A stretch of 64,000 bases of DNA from Basidiobolus meristosporus CBS 931.73. Taxonomy: Eukaryota > Fungi > Basidiobolomycota. A model generated the notes under the pieces. The model saw only the letters and a program-made list of their open reading frames with translations, was not told the origin of the DNA and did not search any database. The position numbers and the translations under genes were made by a program. Numbering within the stretch: position 1 is the first letter of the stretch; every line of letters begins with the position of its first letter. This document shows, piece after piece, positions 46,392 through 58,648 of this stretch. The DNA is taken from the NCBI GenBank assembly GCA_002104905.1, contig MCFE01000127.1, positions 1-64,000 on the forward strand. Direction: 5' to 3'.

Positions 46392-47897
46392 TTACTCCTT
46401 AAATTCCTTGTTGAACTCCCGGCCAATTAGCATTCTACGGATCTCACTGGTTCCAGCGCCAATCTCGTATAACTTGGCATCGCGAAGGATTCTTCCAGTG
46501 GGGTACTCATTGATGTATCCATTACCTCCCAAGCATTGAATGGCATCCAGAGCAACCTCTGTAGCACGCTCGGCGGTGTATAGGATAACACCCGCGCAGT
46601 CCTTGTTACTAGCGTGACCATTGTCACAAGCCCTGGCAACAGAATAAACGTAAGAGCGACTAGCCATCAGCTTGGTATACATGTCGGCAATTTTGCCCTG
46701 AAGGAGTTGGAATTCACCAATAGCCTTGTTGAATTGCTTTCTAGTATGGACATAAGGTATGGTAACATCCAAGGCTGCCTGCATCAATCCCAATGGGCCA
46801 CCTGAGAGAACTAGTCTCTCGTAATCCAAACCACTCATTAACACATAGACTCCTTTTCCTTCTTCACCAAGGACATTCTCTGCAGGTACTTCACAGTCTT
46901 CGAAAACAAGTTCGCCTGTGTTTGAACCACGCATACCGAGCTTGTCCAGTTTCTGGGCAATGCTGAATCCCTTAAATCCTTTCTCAATCAGGAACGCAGT
47001 GATGCCATGGGCGCCAGCATCCGGGTTTGTTTTAGCATACACCACCAATGTATCAGCATCAGGGCCATTGGTGATCCACATTTTAGTGCCATTCAAGATG
47101 TATCGGTCTCCTTTCTTCTCAGCACGGAGACGCATAGACACTACATCCGACCCTGCTCCTGGTTCACTCATTGCCAATGCACCTACGTGCTCTCCACTGA
47201 TCAACTGTGAAAGAGATTAATTCGACGAAATTCTGGAGCATATGGTCGCCATGAACGTACCTTAGGCAAGTACTTGGATTTTTGGGCTTCGTTTCCGTTT
47301 CTCACGATCTGATTGACGCATAGATTGGAGTGAGCACCGTAGCTAAGAGCCACAGAACCGGAGGCTCTGCTCAATTCCTCCATAACAAGAGTGTGCTCAA
47401 GATATCCAAGACCAAGGCCACCATACTTTTCAGGGGCAGTGATCCCAAGGAGCCCCATATCACCGAACTTCTTCCACATGTCCTAGATTGGCCGGGTTAG
47501 GAACAGACGTCGGGTGGGGCAGAGGTGAAGAGGAAACTTACGGAAGGGAACTCATTATCTTTGTCGATATCAGCGGCCCGAGGAGCAAGTTCTTTCTGAG
47601 CAAAATCATGCACACTTTGTCTAAACTGGAAATGAATCGAGTTAGGGCCCTCGCTAGTTGGCAACAATTCAGCAATGTTTCATTACGTGAGCTTGATCTT
47701 CGGATAAGCCTGACACATGAGTGTTGTACGTATCGTTGGAAATGAATCTTCTTGGGACAGAAGCAACAGAACCACGGGTCTGAAAAGGTGAAGATTATAT
47801 GTCAGTAACATGCGTGGAGGCTCTGGAGGCAATGAAACGGGTGTACAATCTGGTTCAAGAGCCCAGCGGCGCGAGTGGTGGTGATTCTAAGAGACAT
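46392..47897 (-). CDS. IVD: Isovaleryl-CoA dehydrogenase, mitochondrial
   Basis: Presequence-like [14 protein letters not shown]; [25 protein letters not shown]; [17 protein letters not shown]; [15 protein letters not shown]; [36 protein letters not shown]. Confidence 0.95.
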
Positions 47898-48526
47898 GAT
47901 CGTGTGTGGAAGAGAGGTGATGTGGAATGTTTATATGTGGGGAATATTAGTAGGATATCCTGTGACGAAGTGGATTCAGTATTCTGCATTGTGTCACCAC
48001 TATACTATTGTGGTATTCAAGCGTGCGAATATTTGGTGCGGGCTAGATCTGATTGGAGGGATGGGCGGTCCCCGATAACCCTTGACTAAACTAACAATCA
48101 AGATTTTGCCACGGTAATTGATAGAAGCGAAAGAGGATCAATAGAAAAGCATATCTCTATTCGTGAGAACCATGCATGGAGTGGATTCTCAACAAATGCA
48201 TCAGGTGAATAGAGTCATTCAGGAGCTATCGAGGCATTGATTTTGATAGGGCCCTGCTGCTGCCCAACAGACTTCCTGCTCTTTTTCAAATGAATGCTAA
48301 TCTTCATGCCACTTCATTGATCATGAGAATATGACCTCACATAAGATACCCGCGATCATAATGATGATCAATTGATTGTCCATTTGCATATGGATACCAG
48401 CACAAGTCGTATCTCGTCAAGTGATGGCATAGAGGTAACATAATTCGACCACGTCATGAAACCCACATAATAAATGCTCTTGAGAGCTTCCACCACCTCT
48501 CAGTTTTGAACAATTTGTTGGAAAGG

Positions 48527-49486
48527 ATGGCTGAAGCAACTGGCACTTATGGGTTCATTGGTATGGGAAACATGGGTCAAGCCATGGCCTTGAATCTCCA
48601 AAAGCATTTCGCCAAGCAACAACTACCCTCGCTACTGGTTTGGAATCGTTCGGCAGATAAATGCAAACCAGTAGTGGAGGCAGGAGGGAAACAAACGAAC
48701 TCGGTAACTGAACTTGTCAAGCAGAGTGATGTTGTGTTTGTCTCGTTGGCAAACGATCAAGTTGTGTTGCAAGTCTATGAAGAAATATTGCAAGCTACCA
48801 AGAGCAAGTCTAGTGACTTGATGATCATCGAAACTAGCACTCTGTATCCAGACACCGTTAAAGATCTCGCTAGAAGATGTCAAGAAGCAGCAGAGTCGGG
48901 CAAGAAATGTGAATTCCTATCCATGCAGGTGTTTGGCGCCACAGCCGCCGCTCAAGCAGCTCAATTGATATTGGCACCTGCAGGGTCACAACAAGTTCTC
49001 GAAAAGATACGGCCTCATCTAGTGCCAGTGATTGGCAGAGCTATTCTAGAGCTGGGTGAGGACCCTTCGACAGCAGCCAAAACTAAGCTAGTAGGAAATT
49101 TTTTCATCGTCAGCGTTATAGAGGCGTTGGCAGAGGGTATGACTCTAGGCGAGAAGTCTGGGGTGCCTCGTGAGAAACTCAAGGAATTCATAGATCTTAT
49201 GTTCCCGTTTGGCTCGTACAACGGATACTCGGGAAAGATCGCCGAAGACTCTTTTGAAAAAGATGTGGGGTTTGCAGTTGACCTTGGCCTCAAAGATGTA
49301 GGACATATGCGTAGACTAGCCCAAGAATATCAATGCCCACTCCCCCTGGCAGACCTGGCCTTCCAACACTTGCTTAGTGCTAAGGCTAATGGACGTTCAG
49401 ATCAAGATTGGTCCTCGTTGGTCACCTCTCTTCGAGCGGCCGCCGGCATGCCTCCTACTGGAGCGAATGACAAGAAACCAAATTGA
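48527..49486 (+). CDS. NAD(P)-dependent beta-hydroxyacid dehydrogenase (3-hydroxyisobutyrate/glyoxylate reductase family), intronless
   Basis: GFIGMGNMGQAMA Rossmann motif, VWNRSADK, IETSTLYP, catalytic-region AAKTKLVGN, LGLKDV...DWSSLV. Single ~320-codon ORF. Confidence 0.88.
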   Translation: MAEATGTYGFIGMGNMGQAMALNLQKHFAKQQLPSLLVWNRSADKCKPVVEAGGKQTNSVTELVKQSDVVFVSLANDQVVLQVYEEILQATKSKSSDLMIIETSTLYPDTVKDLARRCQEAAESGKKCEFLSMQVFGATAAAQAAQLILAPAGSQQVLEKIRPHLVPVIGRAILELGEDPSTAAKTKLVGNFFIVSVIEALAEGMTLGEKSGVPREKLKEFIDLMFPFGSYNGYSGKIAEDSFEKDVGFAVDLGLKDVGHMRRLAQEYQCPLPLADLAFQHLLSAKANGRSDQDWSSLVTSLRAAAGMPPTGANDKKPN

Positions 49487-49743
49487 AACGACTAAACCCG
49501 ATCAGAAACCCCCGTGCTCCAATCTTTTCTATTTATTCATGCTTTGTATCAACAATCCAAGCAAGGCTCAAATGTATATTGGATGAAGCAGTCGTCAGTT
49601 ACCCTTCAATAAATATTGCAGTAAAATACGGCTCGAAGAATCGAGACGGCTTAGAAGCCACTGGGTCTCATCGACTCCATGGGTTGGTGCTGGCTCTGGC
49701 AAGGCAGCGTTAACGTAGAAAAAGAACAAATCGAGTTGGTCGA

Positions 49744-51143
49744 TCAACCTACTTTGGAACTTAAATAATGGAACACTGCTTCATCAACCCAGGGCTGACC
49801 AAATAGGCTGGCTTTGCGTGGACCATCTAGGTCTAATGAATATGAGTCTCCCAATATTGTCTGTGGTAGGACGAATTAGTTGATATTTGGGCAGAAGCAG
49901 CATTCAAGAAACCTTAGAGATACCTCCAGGTCCTTTGTCTGTGAGCTTATCCATGATTCGAGTAATTTGGTGGGCTTAGAGAAGAATCTATAGAAAAAGC
50001 CGCGCTTGATGGTGGCGTTGTGAAGTGCATGAACATACTGTACAATCTTTTAGAAATGATTTAGAATTCGAGCGCTCAAAGAAATCATGGAATATCATTC
50101 GGACCTTTTCATCCAAAGCGGCGATCTCTTTCTTGGCGTCGCTGTTCGATAGCATGCTTTCCAGCCTTGTTCTGTATTCATATGGAGCATCGACCTGGAT
50201 GTCGTAGGCTTGGTTTGGTTTGAATTCCGGTTGATCCACACTAGATATTTGGAAGGGTAAGTGAGGGATAAGACTCCATGTTCACCATTTGAGAGCACCT
50301 GATCGTATAATCTATGATTGTTGGGTCTAAAGGCAAGAGATGCCGCTTGACTAAATCAGGAATTTGTGGGAAAGCCATCTTGGGCATGTAAAAGATCTTA
50401 CAGTAGAAAATATTCAGTGTCCGAAACCAACAGAGCCAACCTCCAACTTACATTGCGTAGATTCTCATCACTGTTCACAAAATGCTTCTCTTGCGGGTCC
50501 TGTAGAGAATTAAACTAATTCGCCCACGCGGTTAGATTTCTAGCAATGGAAACAAATCAAGTCGATGGTGGACCTTTATATATTGCCATAGCCCCATGCC
50601 AACTGCGCCCTGCGTACCAGTATCAAAGCCAAGCAAGTGAGCAAGTGCTTTGGAGAGTTTGTACTCCTCTGTAGGGTTGCATAAAATCAGCTCGATTTTT
50701 GCTCGAACGTCAGCGTCACCACGCCTTTTGATTTCGAAGCCGTCTGTTTCTTGGCCTGAACTAGGCCTGTTCCACTTCGAATACATCATTAATAACTGTG
50801 TAGCAACATGCTCCTATCAAGTCAAAAACCTTTATCTTATTTCCTTCCGAATAGAGGGTAGGATCTCGCTCGAGTTCAATATTCATAGACTGGACAAAGG
50901 ATTTCGCTTTACGTAACTAGAGCGAACGAAGCAAGATGTGGTTATTCTCTGTTTACTTTTAAATCCAGAATAGAGCTGAAAATACTTAGGGCTGGTAGCA
51001 TCACTGGGGCGCTTTCTGCTGTTTCGCTACATAAGATACTTGAGTCTTCGGATACAACGCTCACGGTATTTACCCGCAACTAACGAGCGTACCTTCTGTT
51101 CCAAAGGATTCAGGTCGACTTGACCGTTGCTTAAGCTAGTCAT
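49744..51143 (-). CDS. SWI/SNF/RSC SWIB-domain subunit (SMARCD/SNF12-like), 5' part damaged; possible pseudogene
   Basis: Intact spliced 3' part: IELERDP, ETDGFEIKRRGD, LWQYIK.NSLQD, LLPLDPTIIDYTI, WISSQTKDLE, QPWVDEAVFHYL. The 5' exons lack the usual coiled-coil region and do not join in frame. Confidence 0.7.
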
Positions 51144-51449
51144 TTGCCGTCCATGATGAAGTTGCGCAGCTTGTGAGCTCATTGATGGGTGCAAGCTATT
51201 CTTTGGTAGGTGGAGTGGGAGATCACAGTGGCTCTGTGAACTCCAAACAGTCTATTTGGATGATAATATGACACTCGATTTTTGCTGTCCGAATCAATAA
51301 TTACTAACATCCTCATTGGGTTATGTGAGATTTATTAATTTGTTGTCTCTTAAAATAGCCCTAATTTAACTCGGGATTAGACTGGGCGTATTTACATTGA
51401 ATCAGTCTGCAGTAAACAAACTAGAATTGGTCGTCATATACTGTATTAA

Positions 51450-53222
51450 TCACTGCCCTGGCAACTGTCCTGGTACTCCAACCATTTGATTTTCGTGACT
51501 TGCGGACGGTTGCGATGAGATAGCAGTGGAGGGTGCAACCTGTGTGGTGTTATAATTGATAGGCTGCTGCACAACTGGTTCAACAGGCTGTTGATTCTGA
51601 GTTTGATATGTGGCAGTTTGTTGTTGTACCGGATATGGTGTGTATTGCGATTGTTGCATAGTGGCAGCAATTGGTTGGGTACTCTGCAATTGAGCCCCCT
51701 GACTGTTTTCCAGCGGTGCCGCTTGTTGAGGTGCAGGGTATACCTGCTGAGGAGTGGTAGTGGGATATTGCGACTGCTGAAGTGCGGCCGAAATGGGCTG
51801 CTGAGTCTCCTCGACATTAGCAGGTGCCTCTTGGGCTTGGCCTGCTACAGTTGTTGGTACGGGCTGCTGGGTAGCATTGGATGGCTCGTCTACAACGGCT
51901 CTCGGCTCTTGTGCAATAGGTTCGGTATTAGCTGTATCTACGGCGGCCGCAGTGGAGGGAGCTAAAGCTTGGGAGCCACTATTGAACGGAGTCTCTTCGG
52001 TTGTCTTGGTGAATTCTTTAATACAGTTCCACCAACCCGCCAGATCCTCCTTTGTTAGGAATTTGAAAACATAGGAATGCTCAGATCGATGGAAGAGCCC
52101 GCCCGTTCCCTTTTCTGCTATCTCAAAGGCCAGATTACTCTCACTGTACCCTCTCAAAACACTGCTAGGTAAATAAATGGAATACTCGGGTGAGCCCACT
52201 ATTGGATCAGATTGAGTATACCCATGCAAGAACCCTGACGGGGTCAGGAAACAATGATCCCTTCTGGCAGATTTGAACATGCTCCCTTGGCGCTCCATAA
52301 CCCCGTACTTCTTCACGGTTGTTAGCTGGTTATCCTTATTAGGATAGTTGATTGCTTCCATGGTTATCTCTGAAGATGCTGGGTCGATAAGAGGTGGTTG
52401 ATTCTTCTCGTAGAATGAATTCCACTCAAGTTCGGGAGTCAAGGCTGTCACAGCCCCAGTAGCAACATTGATCTGTTCAAGGAGCTTTGAGCTATAAGTT
52501 GTTCTCCATTTATAGTACGAGTCCAAGGTATTCTTTAGGGTCTCAACTATTGATGTCTCAAATATCTCCAGTGATTTTTGAGTTGAGATCATCGTCTTAT
52601 GGAAGCTATTTTCTTCGAAGATCTGTTTTTGTAGCTGCTTTTGCAAGGTGTTGTGTACGATCCATGGATCTGTAGGAGCTGCCTTACCGTTCAGAGGTAC
52701 GTTATTATCTGTGTTATGACATGCTTGGTCATAATCGGAGATTATTTTGGCAGAATTCTGTCGCTCTCTCCCTAAATTGCTCTCATGATTAACCAGCTCC
52801 TTTTTAGACGACAATAGACGTGTCTTGATGTCGGCCTTCAGTCTGTTCAGATTGCCCACAATTTGGTCAGTGATACATCGGGCGAATTCAGTGTGATGTT
52901 CGAATAGCTGCTGACTAGTGTTGTTTACCGCGACAACTACATCTTGGACACCATTACTGCCTACTGGCAGCAAATGATGACCCTCCTTCAAAGGCACCTG
53001 TAATGAATTAAACACCTTGGTGTAGCCTCGTGCACTTTGTTGTTCAACTTCTGCAACACCCTGAAAATAAATAACCAACTGCTTGATAGTAGCTTTCCAA
53101 GCGTATAGGCGTTGTTCAAAGATATCTGATGGGAGAGCCTCTGTGGTGCTGGGCCCCACTTCGTCCTTGGTCTCGGTAGCACCCTTTGGTCTAAAAACAC
53201 TAGTTTTCCTGGAAAGTGACAT
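51450..53222 (-). CDS. SLM1-like BAR-PH domain protein with Gln/Pro-rich tail, intronless
   Basis: 590-aa ORF. RLYAWKATIKQLVIYF, DPWIVHNTL..Q...EN helical region, and PH domain KYGVMERQG...CFLTPSGFLHGY...PEYSIYL...SYVFK...WWNCI. Confidence 0.8.
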   Translation of the reverse strand: MSLSRKTSVFRPKGATETKDEVGPSTTEALPSDIFEQRLYAWKATIKQLVIYFQGVAEVEQQSARGYTKVFNSLQVPLKEGHHLLPVGSNGVQDVVVAVNNTSQQLFEHHTEFARCITDQIVGNLNRLKADIKTRLLSSKKELVNHESNLGRERQNSAKIISDYDQACHNTDNNVPLNGKAAPTDPWIVHNTLQKQLQKQIFEENSFHKTMISTQKSLEIFETSIVETLKNTLDSYYKWRTTYSSKLLEQINVATGAVTALTPELEWNSFYEKNQPPLIDPASSEITMEAINYPNKDNQLTTVKKYGVMERQGSMFKSARRDHCFLTPSGFLHGYTQSDPIVGSPEYSIYLPSSVLRGYSESNLAFEIAEKGTGGLFHRSEHSYVFKFLTKEDLAGWWNCIKEFTKTTEETPFNSGSQALAPSTAAAVDTANTEPIAQEPRAVVDEPSNATQQPVPTTVAGQAQEAPANVEETQQPISAALQQSQYPTTTPQQVYPAPQQAAPLENSQGAQLQSTQPIAATMQQSQYTPYPVQQQTATYQTQNQQPVEPVVQQPINYNTTQVAPSTAISSQPSASHENQMVGVPGQLPGQ

Positions 53223-54373
53223 TGTGGAGAGAGAGAATCAAATAGTGAGTTTGATTGCAGGTCTGACTATTTATGCATAAATCAATGAACCGATAAGGAA
53301 AGGCTGAGGTGGAATATGACGACATCATCGGTTTGAAAATTAATGACGTTGAGCTTCGTTGTCAACTGTGTAGATTGTTTTAAGTCATTACCTACTACCA
53401 GTCAGATTACGTTATCAGCATGAAGTTGATTCGGTGATCAGATGTCACTTCTGTAAGAGGCACGAGTTATCCAAGGAAGATATGCTGTAACAACAAACAA
53501 ACCAGCCAAAGCAACCTTCTCATTGGCTCCAGAAAACAATACGATTTATGGTGGTTGGGATTCTCTGCGTGCATGCACCTACCATTTACATTCTACACGT
53601 TGAAGCATACCGAATCTTTCACTCAACAATACAAATTCAGTTACAGGTTTGCGTATGAGTGATGACCAGTATAAAATATAGATTACCAAGTTGATTTTAA
53701 GGTTTGGGATATCAATTCCATCCATGAACATTAAATTGGAAAACCTCACCTAAATTTGGTAAGCGCCATACGATATATTGGACCCTATGATCTGTGGATG
53801 CAGACGCCAGATATATCCTGTGACAAATAGGTATAGTTGTTGCATTCAAAGCTACAGGCTTAACAGCGATAATGAAGCAAGGGGATCCAGATAACAGTAC
53901 ATCTGCAAACTAAACACTAGACCGATAGATCAATAAAGCCGCTTAACTCTATGAAATCACACGAGGAATATATAACAGGCCTGCTCATCTAGCATGATCC
54001 CGGTCATGAGGTGCTACAATGTGTGCATGAATGTAGTTACATCTGCGCCATTGAAAAGGTCAAAGAGTCAGGCACAGGCTCCCGATTCTTACAGATACCT
54101 TCTCGCGTGCCAGTTAGTAGTCATGGCTCTAAAAGTCAACTGACCCAACGCTATTACTAAATGATTTCAAACATCAATACAGTCCAAATAATCAAATAAA
54201 TTGATCAATTAAGTATATTCAAAATTTTGGTGATTTGTTTGGGATTCAGGTCAAGAAGTCTAATTAAATTGATACAAATGAAGGAATCTCTAAAGCTGCA
54301 TGGCAGTCAATGCTGAGTTATTTCATCGAAAATACCAGGTTCATACCGATTCCTCAGTGAGGCAGCTTCCATC

Positions 54374-56581
54374 CTAACAAAGCTCACTCCAAACTAAAGG
54401 AAGGAACACGACACATGCGGTGTATAGCACGCTAATGGCTTTGATAATATTCAAAGGAAGATAGGCCACAGTAAGTGCAATGGTTTCCGGAGTGATCTTC
54501 ATGCTTTTACAAGAGCATCCAGAAGTGACTTGCTTGAATTCACCAGATGCAGGGGTAGCAGGGGTTGGAAGCATTGGGGCAAGAAGAACTTGGAAAAGAA
54601 TACCGTAGAAGGCCACAGCATAGAAATGGAACATCAATACAAGAGGATTAGGGATTAAGCTATCAAAGTAGTTCAAGATTAGTATGGATTGGTGCATTGG
54701 TATATCAACAACGGCTTTTTACCCAGCAAGTAGTCCAATAGGTCCGGATACAGCGATTCCACCCAATTGGAAATACTTGAAACAAGAAACCTGGAGAATT
54801 CTCAGGTTGTCGGCTAATTTGAACAAAAAATAAGTCAGGGTTGAGCATGTAAATATGTTGGACTCGGACTAACAATTTTCAGGAGCAGAGAACAACGAAT
54901 AGAGGGCCATGGCGAGAATGTTAATCATGGATGCACGAGATTTACGACTCCAGTGGTGCTTGTTCATTTGTTGGATGACCAGAGCAGTGTCATTGAAATC
55001 CGGCACCTTTTCCTTGGATAGTAGGTCGGCAACATGAACCGCATCCCAAAAAGTGACAGTCATACCACCTAGGGCACATTAGATACACAATTCAAGACCG
55101 CATAAGCACGGGCGATAAACTAACCTCCGGTCAAAGGATGTCTCATATTCATAGCATCACCAATTAAAATAACTCCACGATGGATGTTACGAGTAGGAGG
55201 GAGGAAGCTGTTGGTCATGGAGCGAATGCGATCATTCTCAACGCCCTCTTTAAATCCTTGCTGTATCATACAGTTAAAATAGTGGCATGAGTAATTATAA
55301 AGGAAAACAATGTACCTGAACTTCCTTTGGAATCTCGGGTAATATACGTTCCAACAAAAATTTCTGAAGTGAAGCTTTAGATATACACAGTCCAAGTGGC
55401 GATTCAAAAGTTATGAGGGTACCTTCATTTCGCCATTAGGAATGTTTGGTAATTTTCCTTGGAAATCGATGAGCACACGAACTTCATTGGTGCCAATCTA
55501 TATTGTTTGCATTAGTATCTAGATGTGAAGGTCGTCATAAAGCCCTTACTACACGTACTTGGTACATGAGAACAGGAGTATCCTTGGCCAGAATAACGTG
55601 ACCATGTTGAGGATATGGTAAGGTGGTATTCTTCATGATAAATCTAGAAAATAATAAATATCAACATCAAGATGAACCAAATGAAATACTATGAAAGCTT
55701 ACCCAACAAAGTGGGATCTCAGTTTAGGCTGGACGGGGAGATATTCCTTTCTGAATTTGGAGAAAATACCATCGGCAACAAAGGTCAATGGTGCGAAGTA
55801 CTAGATTGACCATCGCTTTAGTTGTTGTTCCACTTACGTCCGAACAAAACTGAGAATAACCTACCTCAACGACCTTCTCCTCGCCATCACACTTTTGAGT
55901 ACAGGAAACACCGATCACCTGACCAGTCTTATCCTTAATCAAAGTGTTGACTGTAGCTTCAACAGTGGTTACACTATGTCATATTAACATGAGTTCCAAG
56001 TACAATCGAAGAGAAGATCAGCCACTTACTTGGAACAATTCTTGGCGGCTTCACGCAGCTTCATGACAAAACGGCCATGATGGAAAGCTTTACCCATGAT
56101 GGTTTGGCCTTTGCTGTTCTTAGGATAAGGGATCTGTACAGCTTCTCCTTGGTATAATACACCATAGCCATCGACAGGGATACCATCAATTCCTTCAATG
56201 CAGTCTTTATGACGTAAATCAATCAATAAAGATCCGAAAACGAGTATGTCTTCCAAATATCGAGATTTACCAACTAGCCCCAACTTCTGTAAGGCTTCAA
56301 CACCACCGGGCTGAAGTAATTCGCCGACAATTCTGTCGGGCTCCTCCCAATTCTTTTCTGTTGTATGTAGATAAATGAGAACGCTGGGTGAAAAGAAATA
56401 GAGCGGAAGTAATATTACCAATCAACAAAACCTTTCTGCCGTCATTAGCTAAAGCGCATGCAAGAGCTGGGCCCATAACACCCGCACCAACAATGATAAC
56501 TTCCGAGTTCTGAGTCTACGAATTAAGAAAAGGTAAGACGCGTATAGTTGGCCAAGCATACTCGCAGAACGGAAATACCAT
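54374..56581 (-). CDS. ERG1: Squalene epoxidase (ERG1), multi-exon
   Basis: VIIVGAGVMG FAD motif; EPDRIVGELLQPGG; GKAFHHGRFVMKLR; IGDAMNMRHPLTGG; SMINILAMALYSLF; HFYAVAFY. The ATG-only first exon ends at 56579. Confidence 0.93.
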
Positions 56582-57577
56582 GCTAGATATTTGTTCGATG
56601 GTAGGTCGAAGTGAGTGTGAATGAGCAAAACGTGACAATAGCCCTTTAGAGGAGCACCGACAAGCACTTTAAAAACCATCAAAATATGGTACATGTGAAA
56701 ATCATATGACCTACCGATTATCCTGACGATTGTTGAAAGAGTTGGTGATCCAGGCCTAAGCTGAAAATGATAAATTATCGGCTTGTGTCTGGATCTCCGA
56801 AGAATGAACAACAAACCGAATATGTGCGTCCCCGCTCATTTAGTATCTAATCTGAAATCAACATAATGTCCTGGGTAATTGATATTAATGCAAGTGTATC
56901 ATATCAGCAGAAATCCGGACTTGACTTTATTGATCTAGAAGCAGTCTTCCTCATGCCAAGTGTAACTCTTGCAACACGCATGAATGATAACCCTTCGAAC
57001 TATTAAGTTTCGTTGTGCTACAAATAACGGGATTGCTCATATCCACGAAATATGCCAAGATGTGGCCATATATGGGCAAACATGTGGGCTATATTCAGTT
57101 ACCGGATTGAAGCAAAATGATTGACGATTAACGAATCAAATCCCTGGATTTCCTGGTAAAGTAGGAAAAGGATGTTGGTGGAACCAGCATAGCCGTCAAG
57201 GCGAGAGTAAGTCTAGATCTACATCAATCACCAAAAATGATGCGTTGATCCAACCCAGAGGACGAGAGTTTCGAAAACACCGTCAAGCTCTAGATTCTCT
57301 CGGGTTCCGTTGACACAAGGGTAAACGTGAATGCCAAGGACTTGGATGGCGTAAGCTCCAAGCAGTATACGTGCCAATATTACACCGAGTACATTCAATA
57401 CAGTGAAATCAAAATCTACCATGCAAGAACTATTGCAAAATCGTTTATTTTGCCCGGACCGAAGGGTTCGTTAATGGGGTATAATCAAAAATGAGGGTTT
57501 AAATTAAATACAAAATAAACAGCCGAGAAACCAATCGAGTGCGGACACTCGGTTAGTTCTAGTTGCTATTTAGGAGT

Positions 57578-58648
57578 CTATTTGGTTTTTGGTTTGTTTT
57601 CGAGGGTTGAGATGGTGTCGTCTACTTCTTTGGCTTGCTTCATGTAAACGGACTTGGTGCTACGAAGCTCAGTATTGTAGATTTCGTCAGTAGGCTTGCG
57701 GTAAGATCCACCAATACGATCCCAGAGAGTAAGATATTGACCGTAGTTGTAGTTGAAGTAGAGATGATGAACGGTGTGGTGGGCAGCACTATTGATTACG
57801 GGGTCATAAGTGAAGTATTCACCTACGGGAATGATGATTAGACTGGCACTTTCAAGAAATATCACATGTAAACTTACCATCGTGGATCAAAATAGACCAG
57901 ATCTGAACGAAGGTGAAGAGAGCAAGGTAAAGAACCTTATGCATGGGAAAGAGGAACACGAAGACATGGTAAGGGAGTGACTGTGCCCAGCCGTCAACAG
58001 GATGGAAAGCAATAGAAGCATAAGGAGTAGGAACTATAAACATGAATGTGAGTAATACCGCTATAAAACTCTTCGCAGCTACATTTCACTTACCGATCCA
58101 CTTATGATGAGGCTATATGAGGAGAAAGCAAAAATCTTAGTATTGTCGTGCTAAGCAAAAAAATGACTTCCGTCGCGTACCTTATGAAGCATAGCGTAGA
58201 TAGACTTAAGGTGCAACCAGCGGTGAAGCCAGTAGATTCCAAAGTCAGTGAACAGGAGGAACAACACGACACTAGCAACTAGATAACCCCAGCCATATTC
58301 GTCGACGTCGTCGTATAGCTTGGAATAACCGTAAATCTCGAGCAGAAAGAAGGGAACGGTGAGCAGGGCCATAAGCGGGATAGCGTCTGTGGCCATTTTG
58401 ATCTCCTGGTTAATCTGGTCTTTAAGGAAGCGAGGATGGTTCATTTGTCGCTTGTCAAAGAACAAATGGAAGGATATGGTGGAGAAGACCATGTAGATAG
58501 AGTAGGCTCCGAAGGCGGCAATGAACATCAAGCTGCTAAACTGACGCAGGAAAGCATCACGAGGGAGGTTTGGCAAACCGACCAAAGTGAAAGCGGAATA
58601 TACTTTATCAAAGAGATACTCGTCACCTACTGAGAGTACAATATCCAT
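57578..58648 (-). CDS. ERG3: C-5 sterol desaturase (ERG3), paralog B, 3 introns
   Basis: HRWLH, HKPHH and HTVHH boxes; [19 protein letters not shown]; [22 protein letters not shown]. Same intron positions as paralog A. Confidence 0.92.

Noticed and set aside
53230-54370. Long intergenic stretches here and at 58700-59980 searched for hidden genes or ncRNAs
   Set aside because: No recognisable protein motif, tRNA fold or snoRNA box arrangement could be supported by eye.
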